Of a stretch of 64,000 bases of DNA, positions 1 to 12,000 are shown in pieces. Source of the DNA: an uncultured Clostridia bacterium (GTDB taxonomy: Bacteria; Bacillota; Clostridia; Christensenellales; UBA1242); NCBI GenBank assembly GCA_944350265.1, contig CALVOG010000002.1:42567-106566 (forward strand). Direction: 5' to 3'. Each line of letters begins with the position of its first letter. Position 1 is the stretch's first letter. The notes under the pieces were generated by a model. It was not told the origin of the DNA. It saw nothing but the letters and a program-made list of their open reading frames with translations, and made no database searches. The translations under genes and the position numbers were made by a program.

Positions 1-3000
1 TGTCAAATTCAGCATAAACCGTGTCGCCCGAAATGGTGCTACCATCAATCGTGCCACCGTTTGCGTTCAATATGATTGCATAGCGCTCAGCCGTCCACTT
101 TGCGTAAAGTGTGATATCGTCAGTTCTTATCCAACCGCCCGAAGCGTTGGTGTAGCCCGAAACGCCACTAACAAGCCTGCCGTTACTGCCAATAACAACG
201 GTGCCGTCACCAGTTGCCCAGCCCGCGAACTTATATCCATCGCGAGAAGCCGTTGGGGTTACCGCCGAGCCAGAAACCTGCTCGTGGATTCTGCCGTCAG
301 TGTAGATTGAGCCGTAAAGAGATAAGCCGTCATAGTTTGCGTATACTTTTTCGTGAGTTGCTGTGATATCGGTTGAAGTGCCTTCCTCTTTTTCCGCACT
401 CAAAGTGATTTCGCTAACCATTGGAGACCAATTAAGACTAATAGTAACAGTGGTTTCATCTGCAAGTTGTGTGAAGGCGTAGGCCATAGTGCCATTGATT
501 TCAGCACCATTACTCCCCCAATTCGCTGCATTTGTATATCTATATCCTCCTGTCGTTCCGGTGATAGTGAAGATCGCTATTATATTTTCTTCTAAATATA
601 TTGCATTTTGCCCAAACACATAACCCGTTCTGGTTGGATTTGTGCCTTTAAGTTCGGCGTAAGTTTCGCCTGTTGGAGTTGTTGAAACGCCGTTATCGGT
701 GGTGACAACGATGTCCGTGAATTTAACAGTGATTGTGTATTCGTGCGAGCCATCTGTACCATTTTCTGGGATGGTCACCGTTTGTGGGTCGGAGCCATCG
801 GCGTTCGCCACAATCACATTGAATGAGTTATAAACATTTGTGAATTTAATGTTGTAAGTGTTTTCGCTCCACTGTGCGGTGAGGGTGTTGTCGCCCACGC
901 CCATAGTGAAAGTGAAGCCAGATTGAACACTGCCGTTAAGCGTGCCAGTGCCACTGCCCGATTTTTGCCAGCCCGTGAAGGTGTAACCTCTTCTAACCGG
1001 AGTTGAAAGGTCAACCACGGTGGTGTATTCTTCATTAATCACGGTGTTTGTGGTTTCGCCGTCATACGTTCCGCCATTTGGGTCAATGGTGAGGTTATAA
1101 CTATTTAGTTCAAAAGTCATACGCACGTTAAAATCGGTTTTCATCACAAGGTTAGTTTGATTTTGATTTGATGTATTGAAGTTGTCAGGTGCAGTTGCTG
1201 GGTCACCAAACTTCCATTTAACGAATTTGTAACCACTGTTAAGCGTAACAGTTATATTGAATGAAGAGCCGTAACGAATAATATAGCGATGATGCATTTC
1301 TCCTTCATATTCTCCACTGCCTTCTATCTTGCCTAAGTCTGTAACTTTAACACCAGAAACAGAATAGGTGTCTATCGCTGGATTTTCAACATCACAGAAC
1401 TTAAACTCATAATAACGTCTATCGAAGTAGATTTTCACGGTGGTGGACTTGTCGCCATTAATATTGATTGCCGAAATTCCGCCCGCGTTATTTGCAGTTG
1501 TCGCCTCTACGTTATATTTAAAGCCGTTATATTCAAACGGTGTGCCATTAAGCGTCACGCCGAAGCCACTTGTGGTTGTGCCGAACGCCACCTTTGTGTC
1601 GGTTAAACCAGAAGCGGTTTTTGTTTCGCCGAATTTCACATAGTTATTGTCGGCAATGTTTTGTTGATAGATTTCCACGTTATATGTCACAGTTTGAGGA
1701 GTTGCCGAAACGGTGAAAGTCTTATTCGTTTTAATTTGAACGGAGGAAACGGTCGCCTCGCCATCCTTAAACACTGGGTTTGCGTAGCCCGCTTTTGGGG
1801 TTGCGCTAAGAGTGATGGTTTCGTCGTAGTAAACCTTGTAAACTCCGCCTGTTGAGCTAATTACAGTTGAACTTGCGCCCTTGACGGTGACGGAAGCAAT
1901 GCCCGTGCCAATGGTGATGGTCACGTCATACGTTCCGCGTGTGTAGTAAACATCGATAACCAAACTGCCGTCGCCCTGCACGATATAGTTGCCCTCGCCC
2001 GCCGAAGAAACAATGTCGTATTCAGCGAGTTTATAAGCGCCATATTTCGATTCAAACGCATTCATAAGCGTTTCAATGTTAATTTCCGTGCCAGCATATG
2101 CCGTTGTGGAAATGGTGTCAGCGGTAAAGTTTTCAAACGCCGTTGCAAGGTCAGTGCTACCTGCTCGCGCACCAGCAACCGATTGCACCCTGAAGTTCAC
2201 TTTGTAAGCGACAGCGCCCGCTTGCCAAATGGCATAGAGGGTGTAAGTTTCATTGTCAACTGCCGTCAAGCCAGAAACAGTTTCGCCGTTTTTAATCATT
2301 CCGTCGCCAAGACCAGCAACGTCGCCAGCAAAAGCACCTGCCGAGGTTTCTGCGTTAATCGCCCAACCAACAAAGGTGTAACCTTCCTTGCTGAAAATGC
2401 TTTCAAAGGTGTAACTTTGGTTATATTTAAGTGAAATTTCGTTATTCTTTCCAGCGATAAGGGTTGCGGTGCTACCAGGGTTATTCTCGTCATTCGCATT
2501 GAGAATCAAGGTGTAGGTATGCGCCTCCCAAACCGCATAGAGGGTGAGGGGTGAGGTGTATTGGAAGGTGATTTCCTTGCCATTTTCGCCCAAATCTTCC
2601 ACCGAGTAAAGAATTTCATTGTTATCGCCACTTCCAAGCGACCAGCCTGCGAAGGAGTAACCTGCGCGGACAAATTCCGTTCCGCCCTCGTTTGGCAGAA
2701 TGGTGTAAGTTGCGTCGAAGGTTGCGCTTGTGCCACTGACCGTCGCCTCACCGCCAGCCGTTCCGCCGTTGCCATTATAGGTCACGGTGAGCGTTTCAGG
2801 CGTCCAGCGCGCAAAGAGGGTGATTGCAAGCGTTGCATTCGTGTCGATAGTGTTAACTTTTGTGTCTTTTGTGACCTGCACTCCGTTAGTTTTAGCAGTG
2901 AACCAGCCGTTGAACGTATAGCCGGCTCTATCAGCGCCCATAAGCCCTTGTCTTGTGTTCTCGTCGGAAACGTAGAGGTCGTTAAAGGTGCCGGAGTAAG

Positions 3001-6000
3001 CAACTTTCATAATTCCGCCGTTGCTGTTAAGGTCGCCAAGAAGGAAGGTTGCCTCAGTGGAGCCGTTGCCGTCGGTTTTGTCGTTAAGGTTAAAGGTCAC
3101 CGTGACGGTGTTTGCCTCCCAAACTGCATAGAGAGTGACCGTGGCGTCTCGAACGGGGGTGAGGTTTTCAACCGGCTCCTCGTCCTTATAAACCACTCTT
3201 TTAGCAATATCCTCTGCCTTAATTGACTCAGCGGTGCCCCAGCCTCTAAAGGTGTAGCCTGGGTTTACGTATGTGTTCTTTCTAAGTGCCACCTTTCCGC
3301 CGTCATAGGTGAAAGTTTGGTTTTCCATTGTGCCGTCCACTTCCGCATCGTCTGGCGCGTTCTTTGCAAACGCAACTTGGTATTGGTTAGCCGTCCACTT
3401 TGAATACAAGGTGTGATTTTGTGCTGTGCCCACAGTTGTTGCGGACTCAACCTTGTTTTCAAAGGTTCCATCATCCAAATACCAGCCATTGAAGGTGTAA
3501 CCAGTCTTTGTTGGAGTTGGAAGAGTGCCATAGAGTTCGCCATAGCGCACCGTTCTATTTCCAATTGCGTGGTCCGCCCTAATATCGCCAACCTTCTGCA
3601 CGGACACATTCTTAAACTCAAACACTTCGCCAACGGTCCAAGTAGAAGAGTAGAATACGAAATCTGAATACTGCGAATCATTGGATGTAAATCTGATTGA
3701 AACGTTAACCCATTCGTTTGCTTGCTCTATTGTATAATTGATAGGACCACCTTGTTGTTTGCCGATTTTAATTTGGTGTGCGTGGGTAGATTTTATCTCA
3801 GCGGTCCAAACATATTCTTCTCCAACTTCTAAATCGTCAGCAACTAACCACCAGCCGGCAAAAGCATCTCCTAGGCTACTGATTGTGATTTTTGAAACTA
3901 ATTCATTATTAACTTTTGTATGCTCTTCAGTAAAACTAATCTGCTCGGTTGCACTTTCATCATTCCACTTTTGAACCAAATATGGATAAGTAACTATGTT
4001 TTCAGCATCAAAGTTGATAACATAATTCATAGGCTTCCATTGAGCGAAAAGTTCTATGTCATCAGTTATCGTGCCAATATTTTCATAGGAATAATAGGCT
4101 CCTTCGCCATTTACTTGTGTGTTCCAGCCAGCAAAAGCATAACCTTCACGCTCAGCGTATGACAAAGGTTCTGCCACGCCATAGGTTATTTCTTGTTCAA
4201 GCACAACTTCATCGCTCTTGTATATAAAGAAAGCGATTTGTGTGTTAGAGAAACTTGCGCCAATTCCACTAATACTGATTGTTGCGCTTGTTGCGCTTGA
4301 AATTGTTATTTCTTTGGAGGCAAAATAATCATTGTCGCTCGCAAAACTAGCCACAGTTGAGCCAAGAGAAATTTTAAAACTGCAAGCAAACATATTCATT
4401 GCGCCGTCAAGCACAAAGTAACCCACTTTATAAGTCCCAGCCTCAAAAGCGCCAGCAAAGTCAACGAGTCTGATATCACTTGTTGAGGTTCCATCCAGCG
4501 TGAACACATTGGTGTCGGCATCGTAGTTGATTGTCACGCCGTTTTGAGTGGTGTTCCAATCAGCGCTTCGAACGGCGTAGTTAAGCCCTCTGATGCCCGC
4601 GTTGCCTGTGCCGTAGTTTTGGTTATATTGAATGGCGTAACTGTTAACACTCCACTCGGCGGTGAGAGTGATGTTACCAAACAATCTTGCCGTGGAACTT
4701 GCGTTATCCGCGTCGGAAGAAACGGTGACGCCCTGACCTAAATCAGTGTTCGTTTGAAGCCACTTCGAGCCGTCCGCCGTGCCGTCGGAGCAAGTTGCGG
4801 TGAACTTTGTAAGCGTGTGGCCCGTGCGCAAAATATCCGTTTTTGATGGAAGCGCAAAGCCGATTTTTTGGTTAGAAACAACCTCGCCAGAGTAATCCAC
4901 CCTGCCGTATACGTTATAGTAATAGGTTTGCGATTTTCCGCCACCCGCGAACTGACCTTCGCCAGCATTCACGGTTGCGGTGTAAACAATGTAGTTATAA
5001 TTTAAGGTAATATCAAGCGAACCATCGCCAGCAACAACAAGCGAGTTGCCAGTTTTGTTGGTGGAGTAACTTGCGTATTCAAAGCCGTCCACATTCGCCT
5101 CTCCGCCCTCAACAAGCGCCTTTATGTCGTCAATTTTAACCGTGGTGCCGGTGTCGTAAGTGCTAACCTTAAAGGTTGCAAGTTGCGTGTATGAACCAGA
5201 GGTGTTTTGAATGTTAACAATCACATCGAATGGTGTTTTGTCAGCCCTCCACTGTGCAACAAGGGTGACATCGCCGTGCATATTCGCCTTGGTGGTGAAC
5301 GCATTATTTTCTAAAGCGATATTCACGCCGTCTTCAAGCGGATAAGTTTCCGCCCAGTTACCCTCGTCGTCGGTTATGGTGAAGCCGATGAGCGTGTAAC
5401 CCGCGCGCGTGATGTTGGTGCCATTTCGAAGGGTGACAGCGTTTGGATAGGTGTAAGTTTGCGTGCTGTCGCCAGCGCTTGTGAACTTACCTTCGTTTGC
5501 GTTATAGGTTATGGTGTAAGTATTCGCCTTCCACTGTGCAACAAGGGTGACATCGCCGTATTTTCCGCTAATAGGCGCGCCCTTTTTGTAGTCCACACGA
5601 ACGCCGTCCACAGTTTCGCCAGCGGTTGCCCAGTTGTTGGCAGTGCCGTCGCTGGAAATAGTCCAGCCCACAAGCGTGTAGCCCGTGCGCGAAATGTCAG
5701 CGTCGGAGTAAAGATTGAAGGTATCTTCAATGTCATATTTTTTCGTCGCCTCACTTGAAAGCGTGCCGTTGTTTGCCTCATAGGTCACGGTGTATTCAAC
5801 CGGCTCAATCACCGCCTCGATAACAACGTCGCCATAGAACCCTGTGCCAAGCGCGCCAAAGTTAAGCCCTGTTGAACTCCAGTTTGCACTCTCACCTTCT
5901 CCGCTAACAAAGGTCCAGTTTTTAATCGTGTAGCCATAGATTGTGAAGTCGTCGTTATCTAAAAGCGTCAAGTTGGTTTCAACGTTGTATGCATTCACTG

Positions 6001-9000
6001 CGGTGTAGGAGTTGTTTTGCAATTCCGTGTCGCCGTGATAAACGGTGTATTTCTCGTCAAACGTGTAGGTTATATCGTAACTAATAGGGTCAAATTGCGC
6101 AGTGAGTGTTGCGTCGGTGTTAAGCGTGAACGCTGTGTTTGGCGCAATCGTGCTTCCGTTGCCCGTTGATGCGTTTGAAACAAGCCAGCCCGTGAAGGTG
6201 TAGCCATTTGGTGTTGATGACGGAGTGAAGATTTTGTTAATGCCGTGAAATTTCTCCGCTTTTGTGGTTGTGTTAACATTGCCCTTGTTTATCACAAGTT
6301 CAATATCATAAATTTCTTTCACATAGATTGATTTTGACTCACTCTTGCTTGGCGTCCAAGTGAAGGAAATGGTGTTGCGTGCCGAACTTTCGGTTGGTTT
6401 TGCGCCCGTTGCCACCAAGTATTCGTCAGCGCCGGTTTTGGTGAGCGTCACAGTGAGCGCGGTGGCACTAAACGCCTTTGTGATGGCAAGACTGCCACCC
6501 GCGTTCAGCGTTTTTGTTTCGTCGTCGCCAGAAACCGTAACAGTGAAGTTAGTTGAGTGCGTCGCCTCACTGTTCGCGCTTGCAAAGTTGAGAGTCAAGG
6601 TATATTCTCTCGGTGTATACTTAGCAAAGAGGGTGGCGTCATTATCCACATTCCAGTTGCTCTTTAAAACACCGCTTGCATTCGTAATTAATTCATTATT
6701 AAGCGTCCAGCCGTCGAACGTGTAGCCCGTGAGGTTGGTAACCACAGGGGTAACCTCGCCAGAAACAGCATAGTCTTTTTGCTCGTTGCCCGTTCTTGTT
6801 GAGTAAATCTTATTGCTTCCATAAACAACATACAAGGTCGCGTTTGTGTTAAGCGTTGGCGACCCGCCGTTATTAATAAGAGAAGAAAGGTTTCTGTTAA
6901 GTGTCACAACATAGGTGTTTGCTTTCCAAATTGCAAAAAGGTCCACCGTGCCATTGTCAGTTGGTGTTAAGTTGGAAACTGGTTGCTTGTCGGTGTATGT
7001 TGGCGCGCTGGCACTGCTGTTTGTTGACCAGCCAAGGAAGGTGTGCCCTTCACGCGTATATGTGTTCGCGCTCAGCGCCTTTTCTTCGCCATATTTAAAC
7101 GATTGACTTTGCATTTGCGTGCCTGTTCCGCCGTTTGCGTCAAAGGTGACGGTGTAGGTGTGTGGCGTCCACGTTGCAACAAGGGTGACATTGCCAATCT
7201 TCCCCTTAACCGAAGTGCCAGCACTATACACTTCGCCCGTTTCCCACGCGAAAGTGTTGTTATGATATTCGCCCACATTCGTTTTGGTTATCCAGCCCGC
7301 AAAGGTGTAGCCCGTGCGTGTTGCACTTGCAAGGACGTTTGTGGAGTTATAGGTGTAATCAAACGAACTTGGGCTTGGCAAGGTGACATTTGTGTCGCCA
7401 GCCTCTGCCGTGTAGGTGACGGTGTAGTCATTCTCCTCCCAAACTGCGTAAAGTACTTGATTTAGCGCAATTTTATAGAAATCGCTTGTTGTCTCTTCGC
7501 TTGAAGTCACAACCTGCCCTGCCGTAAAGTCAGGTGTGGTTGCGCCACTCTCAAACGCCCAGCCCTTAAAGGTGTAGCCATCGCGGTAGATATCGCTTGA
7601 ACCTCGCGTTGTGAAGTCGGTGCCCACTTTAAGTGTGAGATGGTCGCTTGGAGAGCCGTCCTCATAGTTACCGCCGTTCGACGCGAACTCAATTTGATAG
7701 CCGTGTTCGCTGTATATTGCAGTGATTGTCACTGCCTCTTCGTCGTTAGCCGTGTTTAAAGTTGTCCAGCGCGTGAACGAGAATTTGCCGTCAGCATAGG
7801 TGATAACCTTGTTGCCAGCACTATCCTTATATCCGTCAAAGTCATAGAGGAAGCGCGTTGGAGCCTCAAGGGTCGCCTTGTTTGCGCCCGTCTTATCCGT
7901 GTAAATTTGGTCAATAGTGCCGTCAAAGGTGAAGTAATATGTGCGCTCTTTGTCATTATTTGAGAACGCGCCCTCGCCAGCATCGGCGATAACCTCAATG
8001 CGTTTTGGCGTCCAGTTCGCTTTTAAGGTTGTGAAGTTGCCACTTTTATAATTGATATCCCAATTCTTGGTGAATGTGCCGTTTCCGTTTATGTAAGTTG
8101 CGTCATTCACGCTCCAGCCAGCAAAGGTGTAGCCAGGGAGCGTTGGAATAAGGTCGTCGGCGGTAAGTTTGTTTCCGCCCACCCACGCGTCATACACATT
8201 TTGTGTGCCGTAATCAATATATAAATTCGTGCGTTCATATGTTGGTGTTGTGGACGCAGACCCTTTGTTCAAATTGATGGCAACAGGAATTCGCTTTGCT
8301 TCCCAAATTGCATAGAGAGTCTCATTTCCGCCTGTAAGTTCGCCGATATTGCCCGCGGAGTAGAACTTTCCACTGCCGTCAGCCTCGGTGTTCCAGCCGA
8401 TAAACTTATATCCCTCGCGCTTAGCAATCGGCATATATGTGTTTTCATCGTGTGTTATCGTTTGTTGGTTATTCGTAATCGGTGTGTTATAGTAAAGATA
8501 GAATCTAATTTGGTAGTTAGTAAAGGTTGGCAAATCTCCACCAGGAGTGTGTGAGATGTACATCACAAAGTTTTCTTTGTTCAGTTGCTCTTCGGTCATA
8601 TTTTTTTCATATTCATGGGCATAATTTTTTAAATGAGAACCAGGACCGTCAAATTTCACCATATCCGTCCATGAGCCATTATCATCATTTATAACAACAG
8701 CCCCTATATAATTCTTCGCCGTATTTTTTACGCTTCCAGAGAGAACATCATAACCAAAGGTGTATGCACCTGAAGCAAACATGTTGTTTGGTAGATCTAA
8801 ATCTACGAGACCTATGGAAAGGTTTAAATCAGAGTTACGTGTGCCATTTAGCGTATAAACATTCGTTTGTGGATTATATGACACTACTACTCCTAGCCTC
8901 TCAAGAACCCACTCTTCGCCACTCCAATCTTCATTTGTGCGAAGCGCGCCGTAGTTTAATCCTGTCACGGTTGCGCCGTCCGCATTTGCGTCATAGGTTA

Positions 9001-12000
9001 CAATGGTTGTGTTTGCCGTCCAGTGAGCATAGAGGGTGGTATCTTGCGCCTTATCCCAAGTTCTTGCACTTGTGCCGTCGGTCTTATAATACTGCACTCC
9101 GCCTTCCGCTTTATCCCAAACGCCGGCAAAAGCATAGCCATTGCGCGTTGGAACGCTGATTTCAGGCATAGCGGAAGCATAGGTCGCCTTAACCGTGATT
9201 GTTTCACCGTCAGCGAAAGCGCCCCCGTTTGCATCAATTATAACATCATATGTATTTGGCGTCCATTGTGCCGTTAAGGTGACAGGGCCATACATTGAGA
9301 ACACCTTGAAAGACGCGCCCTCGGTGTATTCCTTGTTATTCTCCCAATTTCCGCCCGACACGTTCGAAGCAAGCCACCCGCGAAGTGTGTAGCCCTCTCT
9401 TGTGACATCCTCTTTCCCTAAAAGCGAGAATGCTTTGCTTGGGCTGTATGTCACCGTGGTTGCGCCCGAATACGAGCCACTATTAAGGTTATAGGTGATT
9501 TTGTTTGTGTCAGCCTCCTCCCAAATTGCATAGAAGGTGGCGTCACTTGGTGTGTTCCAAGCGTTCAAAAGTCCGCCTTGATTGTTGGTAATTGGCGTGC
9601 CGTTTTCGCTTGTTGCCCAGCCTTTAAACACATAACCATTTAAAGATGCCACAATCGTGCCATCGCCACTGCCCGCAACCTCGCTCGATTTTGAGGTGTA
9701 AAGAGTGGTTGTGCCGTAAACAACATAGATTGTGTTATTGTCTGGCGCTGGGGTGAGCGTCACACTGCCAATTCCGTTGTTGGTTGTCACTGGCGAATTG
9801 GTGTTAAGTGTGATGGTGTAAAGAAGTGGGTCAGCATCAGCAACAAGGGTGACGTTGCCATACTTGCCGGTGATTTCGGTGTTGTGAGCGTATTCAGTGC
9901 CAGCCTCCCACGCATAACCGCCTGCAACAAGTGCGCCCACGTTCGTGGAAGTGGTCCAGTGGTTGATTTGATAGCCCGCTAAGGTTGCCGTTTCGCCAAG
10001 GTCAAACGTGGTGTCAACATAATATTTTTGCGTGCCGATTGTCTTTCCACCAAATTGATAGGTGATGGTATACTCACCCTTTGTCCATTGTGCAAAAAGG
10101 GTGTCTCCGCCGTCAGTTGTCCAAAGCGTGTCAACTGCCGTGCCGTTAGCGTTATAATATTTTGTTCCGCCGTTTTGAGCGTCATAATAACCATTAAATG
10201 TATATCCGTCTCGCTTTGGAAGGTTTGCTTCGGCAATGTTTGGCAGTTTTTCGTTATAAGTTGCCGTGACCTCTTTCGTGTCATTATCATCAAACGTTCC
10301 GCCGTTCGGGTCTAAGGTTATTTTATATTCATTTGGCGTCCAGCCCGCATACATAACTGCGTCCGCATTTGAGGTGTATGCTTGCCTTTCCTCATAAGCC
10401 GTTCCGCTTGCCGAATTAAGGTGCCATTTTTTAAACGCATAGCCAGTGCGATCAAAGCCGTTGTCAGCAAGGTTCACCGACTGCCCATAAACCTTATAAG
10501 AGGAAGTGGTGCTCCCGCTTGTTGCCCCGTTGCCATTATATGAGATTTCATATATCTTATAAACATATACATTAATAACAAAGGTGTTGCTTGAAATCGC
10601 GTCGAAATTGGTGAACGCAACTCTATGATTGGTAACACCATAACCATTTGCAACGCCACTTGCGTCCATAGACGGATTTGCCGAAAGCGCCGTCATTGAA
10701 AGATAGTAGTCCGCTGGCGCGTCAAGTGCGATTGTTAAGGTTTGCCCGAATTCAACGTTAGAAATGTCTGTCGTTGTTTGTGCGTTCGAAAGTGTTGGAG
10801 TCACAACTCCGCCGTTCACTGAAATGCTTGAAGTGATTGAGAATGTGTCGGCGTCGCCATAGAACTTGTTCACTTTAAGTTGCACGGTGTAAGAAATAGG
10901 GTCCCACTGAGCAACAAGGGTGACTTCGTTTGCAACATCCCAAACGTGCGCGCTTGCGCCTGATTCATTATAATAAGTCACATTGTTGTATTCATATCCA
11001 GCAAAGGTATACCCTTCACGCGTTGGCTTTGTTGCCGTTGGCATTTGCGCGCCGTAGGTTGCCTCAACGCTTGCCGAACCGCCTGTGCCGTTATTGCGGT
11101 CAAGCGTCACAGTGTAGGTCTTTGGTTGCCAAATTGCATAAACATTTGCCGTTCTGCTGTCGTCAGACGCCGTCCACGTGCCGTTCACCTTGCCTTGCGC
11201 TGTGATTTGGCAGGCGCTTGCCGATGTGGCACTTCTATTCGTCGACCAGCCTAAGAACTCGTAACCAGCAAGCGTTGCCTTTGGCGTTCCGCTCAAATTG
11301 GTGGAACCATAGTTCACCGTGAGCGTGTTGCTTGTGCCAAGTCCGCTTGAAGTTGCTGTGCCAAGCACTTTATTGCCCTTTGTGTCACGCGAAGCACTGT
11401 CACTTGCGTCATTAAGGTGGAAAGTTATTGTCACATTGAACGCATTGTATCTCGCATAAAGAGTGGTGTTTGCGGTGGTAAACGTTAAATGATTGTTTTC
11501 CTCCATAAACGCACCCTCGGCATTAATTATTTGCTTGCCTTCCGCGCTCGACTGTGTGGTGTAATAACCAGCGAAATCGTTACCCACTTTATCTGGTATG
11601 TATGCGGTTGCGTCTCTAAGCGTGCTTGTGTTGCCCGCCTCGGCGTCAGTCTCGGTTGCATACCACCCGTGTTCATATCTTAAATATAAGGTCTTGGTGG
11701 TTTCAGCGCCAATCTTTCCGCCTTGCAAGTTGAGAGTAACGCTGTAAACTTCAGGCTCCCATTGCGCGTAAAGGGTGATTGCGCCCTGGGTTGTGAGATT
11801 TTTAACGCTTTGTCCGTTTGTGTAAGCGGTTCCTCCGCCATTCGCCTGTGTGTTCCAGCCCACAAATTCATAACCCGTTCTTAGATATTTATTATCTGAT
11901 AATCTTTGCGCAACATCATATTTAAAAGTTTGGTTTGCCATACTTCCGCTTGTGCTACGATTGCCGTTGAAGATAACGGTGTAATTATTTGGGTCCCACT

